Under the pieces are notes generated by a model, which saw only the letters and a program-made list of their open reading frames with translations, ran no database searches and was not told the origin of the DNA. A stretch of 64,000 nucleotides of DNA, from the NCBI GenBank assembly GCA_963664395.2, contig OY761159.2, positions 640,001 to 704,000 on the forward strand, written 5' to 3'. Position 1 is the first letter of the stretch. Each line of letters begins with the position of its first letter. A program made the translations under genes and the position numbers. Origin of the DNA: Candidatus Binatia bacterium. GTDB lineage: Bacteria > Desulfobacterota > Binatia > Bin18. Below, one piece after another: positions 24,014 to 35,567 of this stretch.

Positions 24014-25311
24014 GCCGGTTTGCCCTCCTGCTCACAGTCATCGTACACAATCCGCCCCTCAACCATGGTCAGCAACACCTTGCCGGTCAGCTCCCAGCCG
24101 GCAAAAGGCGTATTCTGACTGCGCGACCGAGAGGCGAGTGGTTCCACCTGCCAGGTCGCTTGGGTGTCAAAAAGTGTCAGGTCCGCCGGCCTCCCCACCG
24201 CAAGCGTGCCGTAGGGCAGACCCAGAATACGAGCCGGGTTCACACTCAGTTTCCGTATGGCTTCGGAGAGAGAGAACACCCCGTCTTGGACTAATTTCAG
24301 CGTCAACGCCAGGGCCGTCTCCAAGCCGGTCACACCGTGGGCGGCTTGGTCAAATTCAACCTCTTTCTCGTCCCGGTGATGGGGGGCATGGTCGGTCGCA
24401 ATGGCGTCGATTGTCCCATCTCGCAGGCCGGCCTTCATTGCTGCGACATCCTCAATCAGTCGGAGCGGTGGACTCATTTTCGCGTTGGTATTATAGCCCT
24501 CAACCGCCTCTTCGGTCAGCGTAAAATGATGCGGAGCCACTTCGGCCGTGACCGCCAGGCCCTCGGCTTTTGCCTGGCGCACCAATCCCACCGCGCGCAG
24601 GGTACTGATATGCGCGATATGCACCCGTCCGCCGGTAAGACGCGCCAGGGCAATATCGCGAGCGACCATCACCTCTTCCGCTACACTCGGTACGCCGCGA
24701 ATACCCAGCCGCACCGAGGTCGGCCCTTCATTCATATGGCCACCAGCCGAGAGGTGGACATCTTCTTCATGCACACTGATCGGCACGTCAAACATTGAGC
24801 AGTATTCCAGCGCGCGGCGCATGAGGTTGGCATCCATAACAGGCCGACCGTCGTCTGATATGGCGACAGCGCCGGCATCGATCATTTCACCGATTTCGGC
24901 TAACTCTTCTCCCTGGAGTCCCTTTGAAAGCGCTCCAATCGGGAACACCCGAGCCAGCCCGGCGCTGCGCGCCTGCTCAACGATAAAGCGGGTGACCGCC
25001 CCATTATCATTGACCGGATTGGTATTGGCCATACAGGCCACCGTAGTGAATCCGCCGGCCACCGCGGCTTGGGTTCCGGTCAGGAGTGTCTCTTTATATT
25101 CGTAGCCCGGCTCGCGCAGGTGCACGTGCATATCAATCAGTCCGGGGGCGACGACGCAGCCGGAGGCGTCAATCCGCTGCGCTTCGACCGAGGCAAAGCT
25201 GCCGGGCCGGCCCAGCTCACGAATCACGCCCGCTTCGATGACGAGATCGAGTTCCGCTTCCAGCCCATTGGCCGGGTCAATAACCGTTCCGTTCTGCACG
25301 ACTATGCGCAT
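24010..25311 (-). CDS. pyrC: Dihydroorotase
   Basis: [40 protein letters not shown]. Confidence 0.96.
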   Translation of the reverse strand: MRIVVQNGTVIDPANGLEAELDLVIEAGVIRELGRPGSFASVEAQRIDASGCVVAPGLIDMHVHLREPGYEYKETLLTGTQAAVAGGFTTVACMANTNPVNDNGAVTRFIVEQARSAGLARVFPIGALSKGLQGEELAEIGEMIDAGAVAISDDGRPVMDANLMRRALEYCSMFDVPISVHEEDVHLSAGGHMNEGPTSVRLGIRGVPSVAEEVMVARDIALARLTGGRVHIAHISTLRAVGLVRQAKAEGLAVTAEVAPHHFTLTEEAVEGYNTNAKMSPPLRLIEDVAAMKAGLRDGTIDAIATDHAPHHRDEKEVEFDQAAHGVTGLETALALTLKLVQDGVFSLSEAIRKLSVNPARILGLPYGTLAVGRPADLTLFDTQATWQVEPLASRSRSQNTPFAGWELTGKVLLTMVEGRIVYDDCEQEGKPA

Positions 25312-25314
25312 GGT

Positions 25315-26358
25315 TTATTGCCCCACCGCCCGTTTCGGTAAAGAGCCTTCATCCCACGCACCGGGCTCTGTCTGCACATCGACCTTCTCCCGTCCGACAG
25401 CCTGCCCATTGGTCACAGATTGGTTCTGGGTCGCCAGCTTCTCCTGGGTCGTGAGCAGATAGAGGACGGCCATGCGGACCGCAACGCCGTTAGTCACCTG
25501 TTCGAGAATCACCGAATAGGGACCGTCCGCAACCCGCGAGTCGATCTCAACGCCGCGATTCATCGGACCGGGGTGGAGAATAATGACGTTCGGCTTGGCC
25601 TCTCTGAGCGCCTCGACGGTTAGGCAAAAGCGCCGCGCATATTCGTCCAGGCTGGGAAAGAAATTCCGCGTTTGTCGCTCACGCTGCAAGCGCAGCATCA
25701 TAATCGCATCAACATCAGCTAGGCCGGCTCGTAAATCCGTATACCGTTCGACACCCCAGCCGCTGAATTCCGGCGGCAGCAGGCTTGGTGGGCCGATCAG
25801 TCGGACTTGGGCACCCAAAGTGGTGAGGGCTAGGATATTGGACCGCGCTACACGGCTGTGGAGAATGTCGCCCACAATGGCAATGGTTTTTCCGTGAATG
25901 TCGCCGAGATGTTGACGAATGGTCATGACATCCAGAAGCGCCTGGGTCGGATGCTCATGGGTACCATCACCGGCATTGATGACCGGGCACTGGTTCAACC
26001 GGGCCAGCAGGTGCGGCGCACCGGACGCCGGATGACGAATCACCAGGGCTGCCGGACGCATGGCGCACAGGTTGCGAGCCGTATCAATCAGGGTTTCGCC
26101 TTTGTTCACACTACTCGTGGAGGCAGAGATATTAATCGCGTCAGCGGACAGGCGTTTGGCCGCGATCTCAAAGGAAGAACGCGTCCGGGTGCTGGACTCG
26201 TAGAACAGGTTAATAATGGTTTTCCCACGCAGCGTCGGCACTTTTTTCACTTCTCGTTCAGAAATCTCTCGAAAGGATTCAGCCGTGTTGAGCACAAACA
26301 GTAATTCGTCCCGAGACATGCCTTCGATTCCGAGGAAATGGCGCTGGGTAAACGTCAT
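25315..26358 (-). CDS. pyrB: Aspartate carbamoyltransferase catalytic subunit
   Basis: [43 protein letters not shown]. Confidence 0.97.
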   Translation of the reverse strand: MTFTQRHFLGIEGMSRDELLFVLNTAESFREISEREVKKVPTLRGKTIINLFYESSTRTRSSFEIAAKRLSADAINISASTSSVNKGETLIDTARNLCAMRPAALVIRHPASGAPHLLARLNQCPVINAGDGTHEHPTQALLDVMTIRQHLGDIHGKTIAIVGDILHSRVARSNILALTTLGAQVRLIGPPSLLPPEFSGWGVERYTDLRAGLADVDAIMMLRLQRERQTRNFFPSLDEYARRFCLTVEALREAKPNVIILHPGPMNRGVEIDSRVADGPYSVILEQVTNGVAVRMAVLYLLTTQEKLATQNQSVTNGQAVGREKVDVQTEPGAWDEGSLPKRAVGQ

Positions 26359-26367
26359 GGCGACCTC

Positions 26368-27028
<661 letters not shown>

Positions 27029-27095
27029 CTTTGTGTACCCCCGTTCCTCTTGACTGTCAAGGGATTGCCCATCCGACAGAGAAGAGCCCTCCCCC

Positions 27096-27138
27096 ATCCC
27101 CTCTTGGGAGGGGTGGCCCGAAGGGCCGGGGTGGGTTT
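27096..27138. repeat. 43-bp REP-like double hairpin, copy 1
   Basis: ATCCCCTCTTGGGAGGGGTGGCCCGAAGGGCCGGGGTGGGTTT; second copy at 45113. Confidence 0.8.
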
Positions 27139-27199
27139 TGCATGCTTGCCTCCTTCTGACAGATACCACTTGCGCCCCTACGCTAGTACTGATAAATCC

Positions 27200-27214
27200 T
27201 TACCTATCAGGTAA
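27200..27214. promoter_or_regulatory. Candidate HigA operator
   Basis: Perfect inverted repeat TTACCT-ATC-AGGTAA in the AT-rich stretch 18 nt upstream of higB. Confidence 0.5.
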
Positions 27215-27232
27215 ATTAAATGAGATTCAACA

Positions 27233-27565
27233 GTGGAAATTGTCTTTCGGACCAGGAAACTCGCCAGAATCTTCAACTCTATCGATGCGCTCCGCAAACA
27301 GTACGGCGACCGCATGGCACGCACAATCATGACGCGCCTCGCAGTGCTCCGAGAGGCCCCGCCACTATCAATGGTGCCAACCCTTCCACCGAATCGGCGT
27401 CATCAACTTCACGGGGACCGTGCTGGACAGTACGCCGTTGATCTCACTCACCCGTATCGGCTGATTTTTGAACCGAGCGACACGTCCATGCAGGAAGCCG
27501 GCGGTGACATTAACACCGATGAAGTGATCGCAATCACGATCATCGAGGTCACTGATTACCATTGA
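27233..27565 (+). CDS. higB: HigB-like (RelE/ParE fold) toxin
   Basis: MEIVFRTRKL, RHQLHGDRAGQYAVDL.HPYRLIF, IIEVTDYH; toxin-first gene order. Confidence 0.85.
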   Translation: MEIVFRTRKLARIFNSIDALRKQYGDRMARTIMTRLAVLREAPPLSMVPTLPPNRRHQLHGDRAGQYAVDLTHPYRLIFEPSDTSMQEAGGDINTDEVIAITIIEVTDYH

Positions 27566-27579
27566 AGGAGGCGAACACT

Positions 27580-28674
27580 ATGGACGCCACATATCCCTAC
27601 CAGCCCGACTACGCGGTCCCGCCCGGCTGGGTTGTAGAGGAACATTTGCAGAGTCAAAATCTCTCCCCGGCTGAGCTTGCCCGGCGGTGTGGCCGTTCCG
27701 CAAAGCTCATCAGCGAGATCATTACCGGCAAGGCTCCGATTGAACCCAAGACCGCCCTCCAATTCGAGAAAGTGCTCGGTCTTGATGCGAGCATTTGGTT
27801 GGGCATAGAGGCCCGCTATCAGCTTCACCGGGCGCGAGAGGTCGAGGCGCGAGAGGCCGAAGGGGCTATTTCCTGGGCGAAGGCGCTGCCTCTTAAAGAA
27901 TTGGTGAGACGAGGAAAAATCGACAAGCCCGCCTCTGATTTCGATGCGGTGTCAAAACTGCTCTCGTTCTTCGGAGTTGCCTCGGTCGAGGCTTGGCACA
28001 CGAAGTACGAACGGCTGAGTGTCGCGTACCGGCACTCGCCGAGTTTTGAGAGCGATAAGATGGCACTGGCAACCTGGCTGCGGCTCGGAGAGCTAGAGGC
28101 GGAACAGCAAGAGTGTGCCGATTATAATGAGGCGCAATTCAGGCGGGCGTTGAGAGAGATGCGGGGGCTCACGCAAGCACCTCTAAGAGACGCCTTGGAA
28201 AAGGTCCGGCAGCTCGGTAACGAATCCGGTGTTGCCCTGGCCCTGGTCAAACCTCTCCCAAAAACCGCGCTCAGCGGCGCGGCCTGGTGGCTCACGCCTC
28301 GCAAGGCCGTCATTCAGCTCAGCGCGCGCCACAAGACCGATGACCACTTGTGGTTCAGCCTGTTCCACGAGGCCGCTCACATTCTGCTACATAGCAAGAA
28401 GCGCGTCTTTATCGACGGAACAAAAGCGGATGAGGAGCCCACCGACATTGAGACGGAAGCCAATCAATGCGCTGCAAATTTTCTCATACCGCCGAACGAT
28501 TGGGAGCAGTTTGTCGCAACGTCTCTCTATGACGAAAGCGCTATTCGTCAATTCGCTGAGGAACAGGGTATCGCCCCAGGTGTAGTCGTGGGGCGGCTCC
28601 AACATGAAAGACAGCTCCCGTGGAGTCAATTGAATACACTGAAAGTACGTCTGAAGTGGGAGGCAACAGCATGA
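27580..28674 (+). CDS. higA: HigA antitoxin HTH fused to an ImmA/IrrE metallopeptidase domain
   Basis: AVPPG..EEHL..LSPAELARR..ISEII.GKAPI HTH; WFSLFHEAAHILLH (HExxH) and E.EAN.A; GAAGGAGG RBS. Confidence 0.88.
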   Translation: MDATYPYQPDYAVPPGWVVEEHLQSQNLSPAELARRCGRSAKLISEIITGKAPIEPKTALQFEKVLGLDASIWLGIEARYQLHRAREVEAREAEGAISWAKALPLKELVRRGKIDKPASDFDAVSKLLSFFGVASVEAWHTKYERLSVAYRHSPSFESDKMALATWLRLGELEAEQQECADYNEAQFRRALREMRGLTQAPLRDALEKVRQLGNESGVALALVKPLPKTALSGAAWWLTPRKAVIQLSARHKTDDHLWFSLFHEAAHILLHSKKRVFIDGTKADEEPTDIETEANQCAANFLIPPNDWEQFVATSLYDESAIRQFAEEQGIAPGVVVGRLQHERQLPWSQLNTLKVRLKWEATA

Positions 28675-31600
28675 GCGATGGACCATATTCGCCCCCGGCT
28701 TCCTCGGAAAAATTCGACCGGCTGAAGGACATTCTGCGAACGATGTTCCAGCTTGACCGGGGAGACCTCGATTTCGGCCTGTATCGCATCATGAACCTGA
28801 AGGCGGAGGAAATCACGAATTTTCTCGACAATGACTTGTTGCCCCAGGTACAGACGGCCCTGGCGGGGAACACCGCCAACCAGCAAGCTGAATTGGAAAA
28901 GGAACTAGCTGAGGCCCGTGCAACGGCCTCAGGCTTAGGTGTCGATCCCGACACAACACCGAAGGTCGCTAAACTGAGACAACAACTGGCCGAGGCCAAG
29001 GCTGACACAGCAGCGGAAACCGATGTCTACAATCACCTCGCTAACTTCTTCGCCCGGTATTACGACGAGGGCGATTTCATGTCGCTACGCCGCTATTCGG
29101 GCGGTGGCCAGTCGAGCTATCTCATTCCCTACGACGGCGAGGAAGTAAAACTGCATTGGGCCAACGCGGATCAGTACTACATCAAGTCAACCGAAAATTA
29201 CGCTTCCTACGTCTTTACTGTGGGCGCGGAAAAACGGCGGGTACGATTTGAGATAGCCAAGGCGGATAACGAAAGGGACAACATCAAGGAAACGAGCGGC
29301 AAGCAGCGCCGTTTCCTATTGACTGAGAGCCAGAATACAAAGGCGGTTGAAATAGACAACGGCGAACTGGTCGTTCGATTTGAGCACCGGCCGCTAACGG
29401 AAAACGAAAAGATAACCTTCCCTGGCAACAACAGTCGGCAGCAGGACAGGATTAACGAGGCGACCGCAAAACGAATCCTCGAAGCTTTGGCTTTGGAACC
29501 GGACCAGCTGGCGTTACTCGCCACGCTCGCCCCCACGGAAAGCAACCCGGACCGCACCGTGCTGGACAAGCACCTTGCCACCTACACGGCCAAGAACAGC
29601 TTCGACTATTTCATTCACAAGGACTTAGGCGGCTTTCTGCGCCGTGAGTTGGACTTATACCTGAAAAACGACGTGCTGAACGTAGACGACCTGGAGGCCG
29701 GCGACACGGCCCGGCTGCACCGAGCGCTGGCACGTATGCGGGCAACCCGCCATGTGGCCGACAAGATCATTACCTTTCTGGCCCAGATTGAGGACTTTCA
29801 GAGACAACTTTGGCTCAAGAAAAAGTTCGTGCTGGAAACGCAATACTGCGTCACGCTCGACCGCGTGCCGGAAGCGCTCTATGCCGAGATAGTTACCAAC
29901 GAGGCGCAGCATGACGAATGGGTGAAACTGTTTGCCATTGACGAGATTGAGGGCGACCTAACCTGCTCGGGCTACACTCATCCGCTGACCGTAGAATTTC
30001 TCAAGACCAATCCATATCTGGTGCTGGACACTCGGCATTTCGACCGGGACTTCACGGACAGGCTACTAGAAGCGCTATCCGAAGCCGGACCGCTGCACGA
30101 GCAAATGGACGGGCTGTTGGTACATGGCGAGAATTTTCAGGCGTTGAACCTGCTGCAAGCTCGCTATCAAGAGCAAGTAAAATGTATCTATATCGACCCG
30201 CCGTACAACACGGGAGATGACGAGTTTCTGTACAAGGACGGCTACCAGTCGTCTAGCTGGGCAGCCATGATTTCGGACCGAGCATATTTTGCTCGATACC
30301 TCATGAAACAGGACGGACTTTTCTTTATGCAGATAGGAGATGAGGAACGCGCTCGAAGTCACCTCTTGTTGGACTCAATCTTCCTGGATCGTAAGAATAC
30401 CGTAGTTGTAAGACGCGGTATAAAAAATGTCCAAGCGCAGTTTAATGATATCGCTCGTTTATCGGCCGGGCACGATATCATACACATCTACGCCAAGACG
30501 CCTGAGCTTCGGGTTCCACATTTGCGACAGTTACACCAAGTGGAGAAGTTGGGGAAATGGGATACCTTTTGGCGCGGGACCGATCGCCATACGATGCGGT
30601 ACAATCTTTTCAATCGGTTCCCCGAGTCAGGCCAGTGGCGATGGGAAGAACAGCGGGCTCTCAGTGCCGTCCGGAACTATGAGGATTATCTGGCGCACGA
30701 GTCGTCCCGAAAAACATTGGATGAGTGGTATGTAGAAAATCTTCAGGCGGGTGTCGATCTCGATTTCGTCAGATGCAACGAAGACAACGTTGTTCAATAC
30801 TACGTTCCTCCCCAATCCCATAGACTGCTCAGTGACAACTGGCTCGACATACCCACAGCAGGCGCATTCGCCGGATTCCTGACCGAAAAGCACTTAGCGC
30901 TGCTTCAGAGAGTAATAACCTGGAATACATCGGTAGGTGAGATAGTTCTTGATTATTTCGCAGGTTCCGGCACGACCGGCCATGCGGTCATCAATCTCAA
31001 CCAACAAGACAATGGACATAGAAAGTACGTTCTTGTGGAGGTTGGCGACCACTTCAACACTGTGCTGCTGCCACGCATAAAAAAGGTCGTCTATTCCCCG
31101 GACTGGAAGGGCGGCAAACCGGTTTCACGTAGCGGTTCCACTCAACTCTTCAAGTACATCCGTCTCGAATCCTACGAAGACACACTGGACAGCCTGGAAG
31201 TGAAGCAACGGTCGAGTGAGCAACAGGGATTATTGGCCCAGAACCCTATCCTGGCAGAGGATTACCGGCTGCGGTATGCGCTTGGCGAGGAAACTTCGGG
31301 TAGCGCGTGCCTGTTGGGCAAACATTTCACCGATCCTTTTTCCTACACTCTGTCCGTGGTGCGTGACGGTGTTCGCCAGGAAGTGCCGGTCGATCTATCC
31401 GAAACGTTTAACTTCCTCATCGGACTGCGCGTCGAATCGCGCCAACGAATAGACGGCGTGCTTGCCATTATCGGTACGGATGCCGAGGGCAAGCGCACCC
31501 TGATTCTGTGGCGCGACCTGAACGAGATGGATAACGCTATGCTGGAAGCGTGGTTTGTTCGCCACCGTTCCAAGTTCGGACCGCTCGACCTCATCTACGT

Positions 31601-31706
31601 CAACGGCGACCACACCTTGAATGCCCTGAGAGGCAAGGCGGAGCATTGGACTGCTAAAGCCACAGAACCGATATTGTGGGAGTTGATGTTTGAGGAGAAT
31701 AAATGA
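28671..31706 (+). CDS. mod: Type III restriction-modification methyltransferase Mod (large form)
   Basis: DLDFGLYRIM, CIYIDPPYNTG, LDYFAGSGTTGHA, FKYIRLESYEDTL; ATGA overlap with higA. Confidence 0.9.
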   Translation: MSDGPYSPPASSEKFDRLKDILRTMFQLDRGDLDFGLYRIMNLKAEEITNFLDNDLLPQVQTALAGNTANQQAELEKELAEARATASGLGVDPDTTPKVAKLRQQLAEAKADTAAETDVYNHLANFFARYYDEGDFMSLRRYSGGGQSSYLIPYDGEEVKLHWANADQYYIKSTENYASYVFTVGAEKRRVRFEIAKADNERDNIKETSGKQRRFLLTESQNTKAVEIDNGELVVRFEHRPLTENEKITFPGNNSRQQDRINEATAKRILEALALEPDQLALLATLAPTESNPDRTVLDKHLATYTAKNSFDYFIHKDLGGFLRRELDLYLKNDVLNVDDLEAGDTARLHRALARMRATRHVADKIITFLAQIEDFQRQLWLKKKFVLETQYCVTLDRVPEALYAEIVTNEAQHDEWVKLFAIDEIEGDLTCSGYTHPLTVEFLKTNPYLVLDTRHFDRDFTDRLLEALSEAGPLHEQMDGLLVHGENFQALNLLQARYQEQVKCIYIDPPYNTGDDEFLYKDGYQSSSWAAMISDRAYFARYLMKQDGLFFMQIGDEERARSHLLLDSIFLDRKNTVVVRRGIKNVQAQFNDIARLSAGHDIIHIYAKTPELRVPHLRQLHQVEKLGKWDTFWRGTDRHTMRYNLFNRFPESGQWRWEEQRALSAVRNYEDYLAHESSRKTLDEWYVENLQAGVDLDFVRCNEDNVVQYYVPPQSHRLLSDNWLDIPTAGAFAGFLTEKHLALLQRVITWNTSVGEIVLDYFAGSGTTGHAVINLNQQDNGHRKYVLVEVGDHFNTVLLPRIKKVVYSPDWKGGKPVSRSGSTQLFKYIRLESYEDTLDSLEVKQRSSEQQGLLAQNPILAEDYRLRYALGEETSGSACLLGKHFTDPFSYTLSVVRDGVRQEVPVDLSETFNFLIGLRVESRQRIDGVLAIIGTDAEGKRTLILWRDLNEMDNAMLEAWFVRHRSKFGPLDLIYVNGDHTLNALRGKAEHWTAKATEPILWELMFEENK

Positions 31707-34700
31707 CGCCTCTCCAAAACCGTCTCGCCCTGTACCGCTTCATCTGCCGGGAGTTCGGCCACGACGATATGCAGATGATGCTGGAGCGGCTGGGTAGCGC
31801 GCCAGCCGGTTTTGGCGGTGATGGCGAGAGTAAATACGCCCGCGCGCTGTATCTGAATCCGACTCTCAGCACCGTCACGCCCGACCAATTCTCCACATAC
31901 GACGCCAACATCGCCGCGCATAGCCACAAGCTACACATGACCGGCGAGCACGGACGGGAATGGAAGCCCTATCAGTATCTTGCCCTACTGTTCACCGAAC
32001 ATTACCTGAACCGTTATTTCGCTGACCCCGAAGTGCTGTGCGCCGACCTGAACGCGGCCAAGACTCAAGACCGACAGACTGCGACCATGCCGGACTTTGA
32101 ACCGGACGACCTACGTACCCTCGCCTTTCAGAGCGCCACCGGCTCGGGCAAAACGCTCCTCATGCACGCCCATATCCTGCAATTCCAACACTACCTGGAC
32201 CGGTCCGGCGGGCGGCTGAATAACATCGTCCTGCTGACGCCCAACGAACAGATGTCGGCCCAGCACGAGCGCGAGTTGCAGACCAGCGGTCTGCGGGCGC
32301 GGTTGTTTTCTGCCGAGGCCGGGGCCGACCTGTTCTCGCATATTGAGATCATTGACCTGAACAAGCTGGCCGAGAAGAAAGGCGTCAAGCGTGTGGCCGT
32401 GCAGGACTTTGGCGACAACAATCTGGTGTTGGTCGATGAAGGCCATTTGGGCGCGTCCGGCAAAGTGTGGCGCGAGCGTCGTAAAGAATTGTCGCGCGGC
32501 GGCTTCACCTTCGAGTATTCGGCCACCTTCAATCAAGTGGTCGGCAAAGATACGGAACTGTTGAACGCCTACGCCAAATGCCTGTTGTTCGACTACGCCT
32601 ACCACCAGTTTCACGACGACGGTTACGGCAAAGACTACGCCATCTCCAACCTGCCGAGCGGAATAAAAGACGCGAGCAGCCATATGTATCTGCTGGGCTG
32701 CCTGCTGACCTTCTACCAGCAGTGTCGCATCTGGTGGGACAAGGGCGCGCAGTGGGCGGAATTCAACCTGACCAAGCCGCTCTGGGTATTTCTGGGCAAA
32801 ACCGTCACCGGCTCCGGCAAGGCCGACACGGAAACGAAGTCCGACGTTATCCTCATTCTCGATTTCCTGGGCTGGGTGCTGGCGAACGCCGATGTAGTAC
32901 GGCCTATGATCGCCAGCCTGCTTGCTGGTCAATCCGGCCTGCCCGATGAGACGGGCAACGACTACTTCGCCGGGCGGTTCGGCTATCTCAACCGGCACTC
33001 GCAAGACGATCTCTACGCCGATATGTGTGACGCTCTGTTTCATGGACAGGGGAAACTTCACGTCGTCTATCTGACCGCAGGAGAAGGTGAGCTGCACCTG
33101 CGCAGCGCGGATAACCCTGTCTTCGGTGTGGTCAATATCGGCGATTCGACGGCCCTCCATAAGCTGCTGGTGGAGAAAGCCAGCCCCGATATCTCCATCG
33201 ACCGGGAGGCCGGGTTCGCGGAACGACTGTTCGCCGATGTGGACAGACCGGACTCGACTGTGAACATCGTTATCGGTGCGCGGCGGTTCATTGCCGGCTG
33301 GAACTCCTGGAGGGTGAGCACCATGGGACTGATGCACGTCGGGGTAGGCGAAGGCCCGGAAATCATTCAGATGTTCGGACGGGGGGTCCGCCTGAAAGGG
33401 TGGAATACGAGCCTGAAACGTCACCGCAAAAGTGGGGCGGAACTACCGAGCGACAGTGTCGATCTCGGAGAACTGGAAACCTTGTATATCTTCGGGTTGC
33501 GCGCCAATTACATGCAAACCTTCCGAAACCTGCTGGAAAAGGAAGGCATGCGTGTTGAACAGGAGACAATCGAATTGCCCGTGACCTGGAACTTCGGGCA
33601 ACAACCGAACCTGAAATTGATCCGCCTCAAAGACGACCAGAAGTATGAACGCTCCGAGGTACGCGTGACTGTCCCGAACCCCGGCGATGCTGATGCTCCC
33701 ATCATAACGCTCGATTTGTACTCGCAGTTGCAATCCGTGGCGTCCGGCGAAGTATCTTCCGCTTCCTCCATGCAAAAAACGCCAGTCAAACTTGAGCCAC
33801 GCCATACCAGCTTTTTCAACCGAGCCCGTCTGTATGACACCCTGCTGAGACGCAAGCAGCAGAACGGCTGGCACAATCTGACGATCAGACCGGAAACGGT
33901 CGAGTGTCTTTTGCAGAATGAAGACTGGTATGACCTGTATATGCCCTCGGAGCGGCTGAATGTGGCCGATTTTCGGAGTGTGCGGGAGTTGGAGGATATC
34001 GCCCTTGATCTCATGACCGAATATGCCGACCAATTCTGGCGCAAACAACGACGGCGCTGGGAGAGCGACAACATCGAAGTGGTGACGCTGGACGAAAGCG
34101 ACCCCAACAACGTGAGGTCTTACGAGTTGTCGGTGGACGTGACGCAGAGTCAGTTGATCGGCGATATACAGAACTTGAAGGCGAATATTGAACGCCACTA
34201 TTTCGATAGCCTGAAACTCGGTGTCATCATGACCGGCGCTCACGCCTATCAGCCGCTTCTTTACGCCGGCAAGGATTGCAGCGTCACGGTCCGACCGGTT
34301 GCCCTGGACGAGAACGAAAAAAAGGTGGTTGAGAGACTCGCGGAATTGGCCGAAAGTCGTGACCAGTGTTTACAAGGCCAGGAATTATACCTGATCCGCA
34401 ATCTGACGCGCGGTCGAGGTATGTCGTTTTTTGACGATTTCGGTTATTACCCCGACTTCATTGTCTGGTTGAACGGCACCGACTGTCAGCACGTCATTTT
34501 TCTTGATCCTAAAGGGTTGAGCCGGTTCGGGCGCAGAGAGCGCCAGAAGGTCAAGTTGTACCAAAACATCAAGACCATTGAAGAACGGATTCGGGAGACT
34601 GACCCGAACCTGCGCCTGCACGCCTATGTTCTGTCAGTCACACCGCCACACAAGATTGACGATGGCAGTCGTTCTTCAAACGACTGGAAAAATGACGGCG

Positions 34701-34765
34701 TGTATTTCCTGAATACGCCGGATTGCCTGCAACAGGTCATCGAAGACGTGTTGAACTCTGTGTAG
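31703..34765 (+). CDS. res: Type III restriction endonuclease Res (SF2 helicase + PD-(D/E)xK nuclease)
   Basis: SATGSGKT, VDEGH, EYSATF, QMFGRGVRL, YPDFIVW...FLDPKG; ATGA overlap with mod. Confidence 0.9.
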   Translation: MTPLQNRLALYRFICREFGHDDMQMMLERLGSAPAGFGGDGESKYARALYLNPTLSTVTPDQFSTYDANIAAHSHKLHMTGEHGREWKPYQYLALLFTEHYLNRYFADPEVLCADLNAAKTQDRQTATMPDFEPDDLRTLAFQSATGSGKTLLMHAHILQFQHYLDRSGGRLNNIVLLTPNEQMSAQHERELQTSGLRARLFSAEAGADLFSHIEIIDLNKLAEKKGVKRVAVQDFGDNNLVLVDEGHLGASGKVWRERRKELSRGGFTFEYSATFNQVVGKDTELLNAYAKCLLFDYAYHQFHDDGYGKDYAISNLPSGIKDASSHMYLLGCLLTFYQQCRIWWDKGAQWAEFNLTKPLWVFLGKTVTGSGKADTETKSDVILILDFLGWVLANADVVRPMIASLLAGQSGLPDETGNDYFAGRFGYLNRHSQDDLYADMCDALFHGQGKLHVVYLTAGEGELHLRSADNPVFGVVNIGDSTALHKLLVEKASPDISIDREAGFAERLFADVDRPDSTVNIVIGARRFIAGWNSWRVSTMGLMHVGVGEGPEIIQMFGRGVRLKGWNTSLKRHRKSGAELPSDSVDLGELETLYIFGLRANYMQTFRNLLEKEGMRVEQETIELPVTWNFGQQPNLKLIRLKDDQKYERSEVRVTVPNPGDADAPIITLDLYSQLQSVASGEVSSASSMQKTPVKLEPRHTSFFNRARLYDTLLRRKQQNGWHNLTIRPETVECLLQNEDWYDLYMPSERLNVADFRSVRELEDIALDLMTEYADQFWRKQRRRWESDNIEVVTLDESDPNNVRSYELSVDVTQSQLIGDIQNLKANIERHYFDSLKLGVIMTGAHAYQPLLYAGKDCSVTVRPVALDENEKKVVERLAELAESRDQCLQGQELYLIRNLTRGRGMSFFDDFGYYPDFIVWLNGTDCQHVIFLDPKGLSRFGRRERQKVKLYQNIKTIEERIRETDPNLRLHAYVLSVTPPHKIDDGSRSSNDWKNDGVYFLNTPDCLQQVIEDVLNSV

Positions 34766-34789
34766 CCCCGTAGCTCGCACCTTACCCCT

Positions 34790-34819
34790 GTCGGATTACG
34801 CTGCGCTAATTCGACCTAC
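34790..34819 (-). repeat. GTAG-type REP element
   Basis: Minus strand GTAGGTCGAATTAGCGCAGCGTAATCCGAC, GTAG head plus imperfect hairpin, between convergent genes. Confidence 0.75.
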
Positions 34820-34856
34820 GGACACCATACGAATAGGCCACGGGTAGGCTGCCAGC

Positions 34857-35513
34857 TTATATCGGCCAGTCTTGCATTCGGTAGGCCATCTCCCAGAAGA
34901 GATATTCATAGCGGGAGCTGGCTTGAAAAATCTGGGTGAGCTGCTTTTCATCCGCGCTTGGCGCCAGGCGGTCAAGCACGTCCCGTAACCAGGTCGAGAG
35001 TACGGCAAACTCCGGGTCGGCGTACATATCAATCCATTTACCGTAAAATACCGGAGCGCTCGGCTTGCCCTGTCGTGCCAGAGCCTGGCCGATTTCACTA
35101 TAGCCCCACTGGCAGGGCAGGACCGCGCTGACTATGGCAGCCAGGTCTCCGAGCGCCGCCACGCGTACTAAATGATTCGTATATGCCTGCGTGGTTGGTG
35201 CAGCCTGAGTTGCCGCCAGCGTCTCCGCACTGATGCCACACTCCGCGGCAAACGTACGGTGGAGCGCCATTTCCTGATTGAGGGTAGCCTCAAGGAGCCG
35301 GGCAAAACGCCCCATGGTGTCCAGGTCGGGAGCCTTTGCCGTCGCCAGGGCCAGGACGCGGCTGTACTCAATCAGGAATACATAGTCCTGACACATATAA
35401 AACTGGAATTTTTCCAAAGGCAGGCTGCCGTCTCCAAGGCCGACCACAAAGGGGTGTGTGAGCGTCTTTTGCCAGGTCGGCGTGGCTGCATGTAATTTTT
35501 GGCTCAATGACAT
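34857..35513 (-). CDS. tenA: Thiaminase II (TenA)
   Basis: HPFV..L.DGSL, YMCQDY.FL, LPCQWGY catalytic Cys, WIDMY, YEYLFWEMAY. Confidence 0.92.
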   Translation of the reverse strand: MSLSQKLHAATPTWQKTLTHPFVVGLGDGSLPLEKFQFYMCQDYVFLIEYSRVLALATAKAPDLDTMGRFARLLEATLNQEMALHRTFAAECGISAETLAATQAAPTTQAYTNHLVRVAALGDLAAIVSAVLPCQWGYSEIGQALARQGKPSAPVFYGKWIDMYADPEFAVLSTWLRDVLDRLAPSADEKQLTQIFQASSRYEYLFWEMAYRMQDWPI

Positions 35514-35567
35514 AGCTACCTCACAGGCTTCTGCACGGGGGACGATGCGGGTCAGATAGAACCGACC

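Noticed and set aside
27060-34850. Prophage, ICE or transposon call for the defence islet
   Set aside because: No integrase, transposase, tRNA target or flanking direct repeats recognised
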